Assembly: GCA_964579455.1 (NCBI GenBank)
Contig: CAZOHQ010000001.1
Span: forward strand, 1 to 29,163
Source: an uncultured Syntrophaceae bacterium
GTDB taxonomy: Bacteria > Desulfobacterota > Syntrophia > Syntrophales > UBA2210
DNA: 29,163 nt
Direction: 5' to 3'
Position numbers and translations under genes: made by a program. The notes beneath the pieces are model-generated. The model was not told the origin of the DNA. It saw nothing but the letters and a program-made list of their open reading frames with translations, and did no database searches. Shown one piece after another: positions 19,842 through 29,163 of the stretch; positions within the stretch are counted from its first letter, which is position 1, and each line of letters opens with the position of its first letter.

Positions 19842-19856
19842 TGGCACTAAAGTTGC
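19842..19856 (+). promoter_or_regulatory. sigma54 (-24/-12) promoter
   Basis: TGGCAC-TAAAG-TTGC consensus match, 30 nt upstream of the glnA remnant ATG. Confidence 0.88.
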
Positions 19857-19885
19857 TCTTCATAGGAGGAACTGGAGAAGGTGCC

Positions 19886-20409
19886 ATGCCAATAAAACAC
19901 AAATATTCTGTTTTTAAATAGGCAAGAGAGAAGCATGTACAGTTTATCCGCTTGTGGTTCACGGATGTACTCGGTTTTCTCAAGAGCTTTTCCATCTCCC
20001 CCCGGGAGCTGGAACTCGCCTTTGAAGAGGGTATGGGGTTCGACGGTTCGTCCATAGAAGGGTTCGCGCGGATCGAAGAGATCGATATGGTTGCGAAACC
20101 CGATCCCGGCACCTTTGCCATTCTGCCCTGGCGGGTATGAAAGGTATGGAGGAAGGATACCTCCTGGCCGGTTCTATTGAAGAGGATATCTTTGAGATGT
20201 CTGAAAAAGAGCGAGAAGACAGGGATATCGAATCTCTGCCGGGAAGCCTTGGAGAGGCGATACAGATGACGGAAAAAAGCGAACTTGTCAGAGAGGCACT
20301 GGGAGACCACATATTCAATAAATTTAACGAGAACAAGAAGATAGAGTGGGATCACTACCACGTGCACGTAAGCGATTATGAGCTGGGCAAGCACCTGCCT
20401 ATCCTTTGA
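19886..20409 (+). pseudogene. glnA: Glutamine synthetase type I remnant: premature TAG plus large internal deletion and frameshift
   Basis: ATG 19886, TAG at 19919-19921, then ..[30 protein letters not shown] (GS N-terminus). This is joined at ~20134 to a different frame, [32 protein letters not shown] (GS C-terminus). The catalytic core is absent. Confidence 0.92.
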
Positions 20410-21137
20410 TTATAGTGGAAAAGGCACTCATTATCACCCATGTAAACTCCGAGGGACCTGGTACCCTGGGAGATTTTCTTATATCTCAGAATATAGATAT
20501 AGAGAGGGTTAATTTCTCTCAAGGGGAAGTCCTTCCGAAAGACCCTTTGGAGTATGACATCATTATTACCATGGGCGGACCCATGAGTATCCATGATGAG
20601 GACAGATACCCTTTTTTGAGTGAAGAGGTTGGGTTTTTACGAAAAGCAATAGAGGGTAATGTTCCCCTCCTCGGGATATGTCTCGGGGCACAGCTGATCG
20701 CACGGTCGTGTGGTGCGTGGGTTGGGAAGGCGGAAAAACAAGAACTGGGCTGGAAGGACGTCTTTATTACCGAGGCGGGGAAGAAAGACATGCTTTTTCA
20801 GGGAATCTCGAATGTGATGCGTGTCTTTCAGTGGCATGAGGATACCTTTGATATTCCTCAGGGGTCTACATTCCTTGCGACAGGGTGGGACTGTGAAAAT
20901 CAGGCCTTTCGATATCGTAATGCCTTCGGCCTTCAATTCCATATTGAAGTAACGAGGGAAATGCTGTGTCAATGGTTCGAGGGGAGTCCCGAACTCGATA
21001 CAATATTACAAGGCTATGAAGAGATAGAGGTTGATTTGATAACCCGTGCCAGGACACTCTATTCGAACTTTTTGTGGCTTTCCGATATCCGAAAACGTGC
21101 CTGGGCAGGACAGGACGGGCCTGGTTTGCAGGGATAA
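20406..21137 (+). CDS. Class I glutamine amidotransferase (stand-alone, GMP-synthase-like GAT domain)
   Basis: MGGPMS, LGICLGAQL, FQWHEDTF, QFHIE (Cys-His-Glu triad intact). Start uncertain (TTG 20406 or GTG 20415). Confidence 0.88.
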   Translation: MIIVEKALIITHVNSEGPGTLGDFLISQNIDIERVNFSQGEVLPKDPLEYDIIITMGGPMSIHDEDRYPFLSEEVGFLRKAIEGNVPLLGICLGAQLIARSCGAWVGKAEKQELGWKDVFITEAGKKDMLFQGISNVMRVFQWHEDTFDIPQGSTFLATGWDCENQAFRYRNAFGLQFHIEVTREMLCQWFEGSPELDTILQGYEEIEVDLITRARTLYSNFLWLSDIRKRAWAGQDGPGLQG

Positions 21138-21154
21138 ATTAATGGAGGGGCGGT

Positions 21155-22204
21155 ATGTGTGGAATCGTCGGAATAATAAATACTGACGGAACATTAATCG
21201 ACGGAAGTCATATAAGGGAAGCTATCAGGATTCAGCGTGATCGGGGAAACGGTCTCGGTGGCGGCTTTGCCGTCTATGGTTTGTATCCCGAAAACAGAGA
21301 GAAATATGCCTTTCATATCATGTATGAAGGGGGCCGAAATAGTCCCGTTATTTCCATCGTCGAGGATTACCTGGAAACCAAGGCGAACATCTATCAGTCG
21401 GAGCAGATACCGGTATATCCGAATGATCGCATAAGCAAAGGGCCCTATTTTAAACGGTATTTTTTGAAACCTATCGAAGAATTTATCAGCCCGGAACAGA
21501 CGGAAGAGGACTATATCGTTGAGGTGGTGATGGCCATCAACAAGACGGAGGGGGCCTTCGTACTGTCTTCCGGAAAGAATATGGGTGTATTCAAGGGAGT
21601 AGGCTATCCCGAGGATATAGCCGATTATTTCAGGATAGAGAATTATACGGGGTACACATGGACCGCCCACAATCGCTTTCCTACCAATACCCCGGGCTGG
21701 TGGGGAGGGGCACATCCTTTCACCCTTCTCGACAAGGCGGTGGTCCATAATGGCGAAATTACCAGTTACGGGACAAACGTCCGATGGCTCGAGATGTTCG
21801 GGTATTACTGCATGCTCGAGACCGATACGGAGGTCCTATCCTATATATATGACAAACTGACACGGAAGGATAATCTGACAAAAGAAGATGCCTGTTTTGT
21901 AATGGCCCCTTCACTGTGGGAGACAATTGACCGCACACATGACGGGAAGAAGCGGTATCTCAGACAGATTTACGGACCTGCCATAGTAAACGGGCCATTC
22001 GGAATCGTCTTAACCCACAAGAGTGGTGCCATTGTCCTCAATGACAGGAACAAACTCCGCCCCGTGGTCTGCGCACAAGATGGTAACACGTACTATGCAT
22101 CCTCCGAAGAGTGCAGCATCAGGCTCCTTTCGCCAAATGTGGAGCGTATCTGGTCGCCCAAGGGCGGTGAACCGGTGATTATAGATTTCCCCGAGGAATT
22201 CTGA
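21155..22204 (+). CDS. Glutamate synthase amidotransferase subunit (class II/Ntn GATase, GltB1/GlxB-like)
   Basis: MCGIVG N-terminal nucleophile, RGNGLGGGF, SSGKNMGVFKGVG, AHNRFPTNT, AHPF, VHNGEI, NDRNKLRP; GGAGGGG RBS. Confidence 0.9.
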   Translation: MCGIVGIINTDGTLIDGSHIREAIRIQRDRGNGLGGGFAVYGLYPENREKYAFHIMYEGGRNSPVISIVEDYLETKANIYQSEQIPVYPNDRISKGPYFKRYFLKPIEEFISPEQTEEDYIVEVVMAINKTEGAFVLSSGKNMGVFKGVGYPEDIADYFRIENYTGYTWTAHNRFPTNTPGWWGGAHPFTLLDKAVVHNGEITSYGTNVRWLEMFGYYCMLETDTEVLSYIYDKLTRKDNLTKEDACFVMAPSLWETIDRTHDGKKRYLRQIYGPAIVNGPFGIVLTHKSGAIVLNDRNKLRPVVCAQDGNTYYASSEECSIRLLSPNVERIWSPKGGEPVIIDFPEEF

Positions 22205-22206
22205 CC

Positions 22207-23739
22207 GTGAGTGAAAAGATGAGCATGAAAAACAATTGGAAAGTACGACCCTCCTTCCATCCCGAGTTCGACCTCGAAAGGTGTGACTATAAGAACGGCT
22301 GCACCATATGTGTGAAGGAATGTTCGTTCGGGGAGATTTCACTCAAACCCCTCAAGGGGAAAAACGGTGATATTCTGTATCGCCCATGGGCAAACATGCG
22401 GGCGTGCAATTCGTGCCAGCGTTGCGTCAAGATGTGTCCCCAGAGTGCCATCCATATTGTATCGCAGCCGATGCACACCTCCCACGGTTACTGGAAGACG
22501 GCACCGGTAAGCAATATCTGGCGTCAGGCCGGTTCCGAAGGAGGAGTGTTGCTGGTGGGTACGGGTGCGACGGGTCCCCAGAAGCGATATTTTGATCACA
22601 TGATGTTCGATGCCTGCCAGGTTACCAATCCCTCCATTGATCCCCTCCGTGAGCCGATGGAGATCAGGCGTTATCTGGGTCGAAAAGCGGAACGGTACGG
22701 TGGAGAGGTCGGTTCGCAACTCAAACTGGACGTACCGATCATGTTCGGGGCCATGAGCTTCGGCGCCTTGAATCTCAGGGTCCAGGAAGCAGCGGCACGA
22801 GCCACGCGAAAGATGGGCACCTACTGGAATACGGGAGAAGGCGGGTTTCACGAGAGGTTGAGAAATTACGGTGGCAATACGATCGTCCAGGTTGCCTCGG
22901 GAAGATTCGGTGTCAGCGAGGATTACATGAAATCGGCTGCGGCCGTAGAAATAAAGATAGGACAAGGTGCAAAGCCAGGAATCGGAGGTCATCTCCCGGG
23001 CGAAAAGGTCTCCGAAGCCATTTCGAAAACGAGAATGATTCCAGAGGGATCCGATGCCCTTTCGCCGGCGCCGCACCACGATATCTATTCCATAGAGGAC
23101 CTGAGGCAACTCATCTATGCGATAAAAGAGGCGACCGATTACAAACTTCCCGTATCGGTAAAGATTTCGGCCGTTAATAATGTTGCCCCCATTGTCAGTG
23201 GTATCGCACGGGCCGGAGCCGACATCATTGCGATTGACGGGTTTCGCGGAGGCACCGGAGCCACACCGCTTCAGATTCGCCAGAATACGGGTATCCCTAT
23301 AGAACTTGCCATATCCGCCGCAGACAGGAGACTTACGGAAGAGGGTATCAGAAACACGGTCAGCCTTGTGGCATCGGGCGGAATACAGACTTCTTCCGAT
23401 GTGTTGAAGGCCATATGTCTTGGCGCTGATGCGGTCTATTTGGGGACACCGGTTCTCATCTCTCTCGGGTGCAATGTCTGCCAACGCTGTTTTACGGGCC
23501 GCTGTCCCTACGGTATTACCACGAACAGGCCCGGTCTGGCGGAAAGGATTGATGTGGATGAAGCAACCCAGGCCCTTTCCAATCTTCTTCATGCCTGGGG
23601 GGAAGAGATAAAAGAGCTCATGGGATCTATGGGAATAAGCGCTATCGAGGCCTTACGGGGAAACAGGGACAGATTGCGCGGTGTGGGTCTCAATGAAGAA
23701 GAATTGAGCATTCTTGGAATCAAACACGCCGGAGCTTGA
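22207..23739 (+). CDS. Glutamate synthase FMN-binding subunit with N-terminal ferredoxin (archaeal-type GltB2/GlxD-like)
   Basis: Cys clusters C..CTICVKEC and CNSCQRCVKMCP; AMSFGAL, NTGEGG, QVASGRFGV, EIKIGQGAKPGIGGHLPGEKV, SPAPHHDIYSIEDL, CNVCQRCFTGRCP. Start uncertain (22207/22219/22225). Confidence 0.92.
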   Translation: MSEKMSMKNNWKVRPSFHPEFDLERCDYKNGCTICVKECSFGEISLKPLKGKNGDILYRPWANMRACNSCQRCVKMCPQSAIHIVSQPMHTSHGYWKTAPVSNIWRQAGSEGGVLLVGTGATGPQKRYFDHMMFDACQVTNPSIDPLREPMEIRRYLGRKAERYGGEVGSQLKLDVPIMFGAMSFGALNLRVQEAAARATRKMGTYWNTGEGGFHERLRNYGGNTIVQVASGRFGVSEDYMKSAAAVEIKIGQGAKPGIGGHLPGEKVSEAISKTRMIPEGSDALSPAPHHDIYSIEDLRQLIYAIKEATDYKLPVSVKISAVNNVAPIVSGIARAGADIIAIDGFRGGTGATPLQIRQNTGIPIELAISAADRRLTEEGIRNTVSLVASGGIQTSSDVLKAICLGADAVYLGTPVLISLGCNVCQRCFTGRCPYGITTNRPGLAERIDVDEATQALSNLLHAWGEEIKELMGSMGISAIEALRGNRDRLRGVGLNEEELSILGIKHAGA

Positions 23740-23740
23740 T

Positions 23741-25903
23741 ATGCTGACGATAGAGACAAAGGGGCTTTACTACAAGGCCCTCAACAGACAGATCAGAAAA
23801 TCGCTGGCACGGGGAGAAAAAGAGATCGTCCTCAACGATGTTCTGGGACAACGCTACATTGGGGGCGGTCTGGAGAGTACTGCGCACTTTGACATCCACG
23901 GCACACCGGGACAAGATCTGGGCGCCTTTATGAACGGTCCCGAGATCGTCGTTTATGGCAATGCCCAGGATGGTGTGGGTAACACCATGAATAAGGGGAG
24001 AATCATCGTCCACGGCAAGGCAGGTGAAATTCCGGGCCACTCGATGCGAGGGGGGGAATTGTTCATCAAGGGCGATGTGGAGTACCGCGCCGGGATACAC
24101 ATGAAAGAATACCTCGATTCCGTGCCCTGGCTCATCATAGGCGGAACGGCCAAGGATTACTGCGGCGAGTATATGGCGGGCGGCAGGGTTGTGGTACTCA
24201 ACCTGAAAAACAGGAAGGTATCACCTGTGGGAGACAGCGTGGGGACGGGCATTCACGGAGGCTCCATCTTCGTGAGGGGCGAGGTCAAGGAATACCAGCT
24301 GGGGACCGGGGCCATTTTTGCCGAACTCGATGAGTCCGACGAAAAATTCTTATATGAGGTCTTTGCCGAATATTCGGGGTATTTCGATACCGATATGAGC
24401 GGCATAGTACCGGGCAATTTTGTAAAGATCACGAAAAAGGGACACCGACCCTTCGCCAGTCTCTATACGCCGGGGATGAATATCAAGACCGATTTGCCTA
24501 TGCATCTGAATCTTACGCCTCCCTGCACACATGCATGTCCTGCCGGGATCCCTACTCCGGTTTTTTTAAACCTTATCAAGGACGGAAAAGTTGACGAAGC
24601 CCAGCGGTTAATGGACGAATATACCCCCTTTCGGATGTCCGTCTGTGGGACCGCCTGCCCCGCACCTTGCATGGATGCATGCAACCGGGGTATGCTTGAC
24701 GACCCGCTCCATTTGCAGGAGATGGCAAAGGAGTTCTATCCCGATTTCAATCCTGATATTCTGGAAGAGGAAAAGGAGCAGATCATTTCCATTATCGGGG
24801 CAGGGCCCGCGGGCCTTTCGGCCGCCTGGCAGCTTGCGAGACGGGGATATAGAATCAGGGTCTATGATGCCTTGAATGATCTTGGCGGTAAGGTGAGGAA
24901 GGCTATCCCCCGCGAAAGACTTTCAGACAAGGTCCTCGACAGGGATATAGAGAGGATTACCTCGCTTCCCATTGAATTTCACATGGGTAAGAGGGTCGAC
25001 CGGAAGATGTTTGAGAAGATCTATACGAAATCCGATGTCATTCTTGTTGCCACCGGAGCCCATACAGGTAAAAGAATCGAATATCCGGGTGGGGAGAGAA
25101 TCCGGTCAGGTCTGCAGTTTCTTATGGACATCAACGAGGGACGGGATATGGACCTCTCGGGAAAAGAGATCGTGATTATCGGCGCCGGTAACGTGGGCAT
25201 GGATATCGCCTGTGAGTCATGGAGAATGGGCGCAAAGAAAGTGACCGCCCTTGATGTCCAGAAACCTCTTGCCTTCGGGCATGAACTTGAAGCGGCCGTG
25301 GCACTGGGAACGGATATTCTCTGGCCTAAATTTATAGAAAGACTGGATGACGAGAATATCTTCTTCAATGATGGAACGGAGATGAAGGCGGATATGGCGC
25401 TTTTCAGCATAGGAGAGATCCCGGACACCTCTTTTCTTCCCGAATCCGTCTTGATCGACGAAAGGGGATATATTGTAACGGCGGAAAAATCCTTCAGGAG
25501 CAGCGATCTGAAGATTTGCGGCTGCGGTGACATACGCAGGCCGGGCCTCATTACCGACGCCGTGGGATCGGGAAGGCTTGCCGCGCTTGAAATCAATACG
25601 ATCTTCACGGGGACCACATTCATCTATCCCGAAAAAAATCTCGTACCGAAAAGACAAATGAATACGATCTATTTCGGCGATGAGGAGGGTGAGATAGATA
25701 GATGTATGAGCTGCGGCACTTGCATCTTTTGCGATAAATGTATAGAAAACTGTCCTCAAGAGGCAATTACCCGTAACGGAGAGATCTTTACAGTAGATCC
25801 TCTCAAATGTACTTTATGCTATACCTGTGCAAATGTATGTCCGCGCGGGGCGATTCAGACCGAGTTCTTCATTGATATCAGGGAAAGTGCCTTTAATGAA
25901 TGA
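23741..25903 (+). CDS. Fusion of glutamate synthase GXGXG beta-helix domain (GltB3/GlxC-like) with GltD-like FAD/NAD(P) oxidoreductase and C-terminal 2x[4Fe-4S] ferredoxin
   Basis: GQRYIG, GTPGQDLGAFMNG, GNAQDGVGNTM, GEYMAGG; then PPC..ACP, CGTACPAPCMDACNR, IIGAGPAGLSAA, IIGAGNVGMD, CGSCxxC-type C-terminal Cys clusters (CMSCGTCIFCDKC..CP, CTLCYTCANVCP). ATG 23741 after GGAG. Confidence 0.88.
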   Translation: MLTIETKGLYYKALNRQIRKSLARGEKEIVLNDVLGQRYIGGGLESTAHFDIHGTPGQDLGAFMNGPEIVVYGNAQDGVGNTMNKGRIIVHGKAGEIPGHSMRGGELFIKGDVEYRAGIHMKEYLDSVPWLIIGGTAKDYCGEYMAGGRVVVLNLKNRKVSPVGDSVGTGIHGGSIFVRGEVKEYQLGTGAIFAELDESDEKFLYEVFAEYSGYFDTDMSGIVPGNFVKITKKGHRPFASLYTPGMNIKTDLPMHLNLTPPCTHACPAGIPTPVFLNLIKDGKVDEAQRLMDEYTPFRMSVCGTACPAPCMDACNRGMLDDPLHLQEMAKEFYPDFNPDILEEEKEQIISIIGAGPAGLSAAWQLARRGYRIRVYDALNDLGGKVRKAIPRERLSDKVLDRDIERITSLPIEFHMGKRVDRKMFEKIYTKSDVILVATGAHTGKRIEYPGGERIRSGLQFLMDINEGRDMDLSGKEIVIIGAGNVGMDIACESWRMGAKKVTALDVQKPLAFGHELEAAVALGTDILWPKFIERLDDENIFFNDGTEMKADMALFSIGEIPDTSFLPESVLIDERGYIVTAEKSFRSSDLKICGCGDIRRPGLITDAVGSGRLAALEINTIFTGTTFIYPEKNLVPKRQMNTIYFGDEEGEIDRCMSCGTCIFCDKCIENCPQEAITRNGEIFTVDPLKCTLCYTCANVCPRGAIQTEFFIDIRESAFNE

Positions 25904-25971
25904 TTTCCCTTTCAGGTGAAACCGATACGGTGTTATTGTTTCATATGACCAATATAAAAAGTCGAAAGTAG

Positions 25972-27591
<1,620 letters not shown>

Positions 27592-27642
27592 GGCAGGCGG
27601 GTCGACAAAAAACCCTATAACACCAAGAGGTCTGATTCATTC

Positions 27643-29163
27643 ATGATCAGGAAGATTACGAATACGTTACTCGATAGCTTCAGTCGTATGGGCCGGTGGA
27701 GGATTGCAATCGGAAAGGACCCCCGTCAAGTGCCTCCCCGCACGGCAGTGATCTTCCCCCTCGTTGCCGATACCCTCTTTTGTGGTCTTGCGGGGATCAT
27801 GACCATACGAAAGGAAGGGAAAGGCAAAAAAGTTGATATCGTCGAGAATCTGGACCTCCTTTTCGAAAAAAAAATCAAAGAAAAAAGTTTTAAAAAATTG
27901 ATCGGCAGAAAAACCACCTGGGCGAAATACCTTGGCGGTGACGAAGTGCTCGGGCTCGTGGAAAGAGATATCCTCAAGCTCAAGCAGGATTCATGTCTGG
28001 AAGATATCTTCTTTGAGCCCGAAAGATCAGAGAGACTCGAGGGGCTTTTCCGTCAGATGAAATCCTTTCTCGATGAAGAGGAAAAACTGGTGGAGCAGGA
28101 GGCCTATAATTTCTCCACCGGCGATATGGAACATATAAACAATGCCCTCATCCCCTTCAGAGATCATGTCTGGGCCCTCGAGAGGGATATTTTTCCTAAT
28201 ATCGAAATGATTCTCTCTCTGTCGGGAAACTCCGGGAAAGGAACGATATCGAGAGAGGCATTCGGTAAATACAGAAACATCAATCTCCTCCTGAAATCTC
28301 TCGACCGTCTGGAGGTACGGGGGAGGGACTCGGCGGGAATAGAGATAACGTTTGCCCTCAAGGAGGGGGATGCCCTGGACAGGGCAGCACGAGACATTGC
28401 AAAGCAGGGACTCAGCGATGAATGGGAACGAAGACTGAGTCCGGGTGATCTGGTGGACGGTTCCATCCATCTCTCTCCCACCACCGGTGAAAAAGGGCTT
28501 CCGGCCATCTCCTTCACCTACAAAAGAGCTTCCGTCACGGGTGCACTGGGCGCGAACGGAAGATATTTGAGGGAGAGGATACGGTCGGATCGACTGCTCC
28601 GGATATTTACGGGAGAGGCGATAGCCTCGGAGATGTATCTTGGTCATACGAGATGGGCCTCGGTAGGATCTATTACCGAGGAGAACTGCCATCCCGTCAA
28701 TAATTTTACGGTGGGTCCGGACAAGGAATCATCTCTTTCTCCCTCGTACAAGGAATATCCCGCTTACGGGCGGGGGGCATGGACTATTGACGTGGCGCTC
28801 AACGGAGACGTGGACAATTACGGCGAACTCCGGGCTGTCATAGAAAACGGGGGATCCGATGTCATCGATAAGAAGGTGACGACGGATACGAAGATAATCC
28901 CCCTTCAGATCGAAAAATATCTCTATGAAGGACACGAACTGGCCGAGGCATTTCGACTGGCCCTCAATGATTTTGAAGGTTCTCATGCCATTGCCATGGA
29001 GAGTAATCTCGAACCGGACAAGGTATTTCTCGCCCTCAGGGGAAGCGGTCAGTCTCTCTATATCGGGATCTGTGACAATCAGTATATGTTTTCATCGGAA
29101 CTGTACGGTCTCGTGGAGCTGACCCCCTATTTCATAAAGATGGACGGTGAGTCTGAGCGCATC
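27643..29163 (+). CDS. Large GlmS-like (glucosamine-6-phosphate synthase family) Ntn amidotransferase, partial (runs off the window)
   Basis: Manual translation, 507 open codons: FCGLAG (Cys47), LEVRGRDSAG (res ~223), GHTRWASVG..ENCHP (res ~334), LNGDVDNY, TDTKII, EGSHAIA. The SIS domains are outside the window. Absent from the ORF track. Confidence 0.8.
   Translation, partial: MIRKITNTLLDSFSRMGRWRIAIGKDPRQVPPRTAVIFPLVADTLFCGLAGIMTIRKEGKGKKVDIVENLDLLFEKKIKEKSFKKLIGRKTTWAKYLGGDEVLGLVERDILKLKQDSCLEDIFFEPERSERLEGLFRQMKSFLDEEEKLVEQEAYNFSTGDMEHINNALIPFRDHVWALERDIFPNIEMILSLSGNSGKGTISREAFGKYRNINLLLKSLDRLEVRGRDSAGIEITFALKEGDALDRAARDIAKQGLSDEWERRLSPGDLVDGSIHLSPTTGEKGLPAISFTYKRASVTGALGANGRYLRERIRSDRLLRIFTGEAIASEMYLGHTRWASVGSITEENCHPVNNFTVGPDKESSLSPSYKEYPAYGRGAWTIDVALNGDVDNYGELRAVIENGGSDVIDKKVTTDTKIIPLQIEKYLYEGHELAEAFRLALNDFEGSHAIAMESNLEPDKVFLALRGSGQSLYIGICDNQYMFSSELYGLVELTPYFIKMDGESERI

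Noticed and set aside
19919-19921. In-frame TAG in glnA as possible pyrrolysine or read-through codon
   Set aside because: No pyl genes in the window, and the gene is independently broken by a deletion and frameshift. A nonsense mutation is simpler.
19886-25903. N-methylglutamate pathway reading (gmaS + mgsABC)
   Set aside because: The GS remnant looks like an ordinary type I GS ([11 protein letters not shown]), the GXGXG domain is fused to GltD, and no methylamine or mgd genes are present. Not formally excluded without phylogeny.
27592-27642. glmS ribozyme or other riboswitch
   Set aside because: The 51-bp gap is too short, and no riboswitch-like structure was recognised here or upstream of purF or pyrG.

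Overview
Prokaryotic window, probably from an anaerobic Desulfobacterota/'deltaproteobacterium' (inferred from gene types and sigma54 use). Left end: a minus-strand run of dapF, an iron-containing alcohol dehydrogenase and a DegT-family aminotransferase (partial). The remaining ~26 kb is a nitrogen island. It co-locates amtB-glnK, a NifA-type GAF-AAA+-HTH sigma54 activator, a split glutamate synthase and a collection of glutamine-dependent amidotransferases (purF, carA, carB, guaA, pyrG, a large GlmS-like protein, an orphan class I GATase). It also carries a non-discriminating-type AspRS and a 1055-aa GAF / RecA-like / PPDK-ATP-grasp fusion of unknown function. Three sigma54 -24/-12 elements each have a tandem pair of the same palindromic motif upstream (consensus CTACA-N4-TGTAG, always 30 bp apart), which outlines a regulon. 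The first gene of both long plus-strand units is a deletion-damaged remnant (dapL-like aminotransferase; glnA). No rRNA, tRNA, CRISPR or mobile element was recognised. Family assignments come from manual motif recognition, not database searches.
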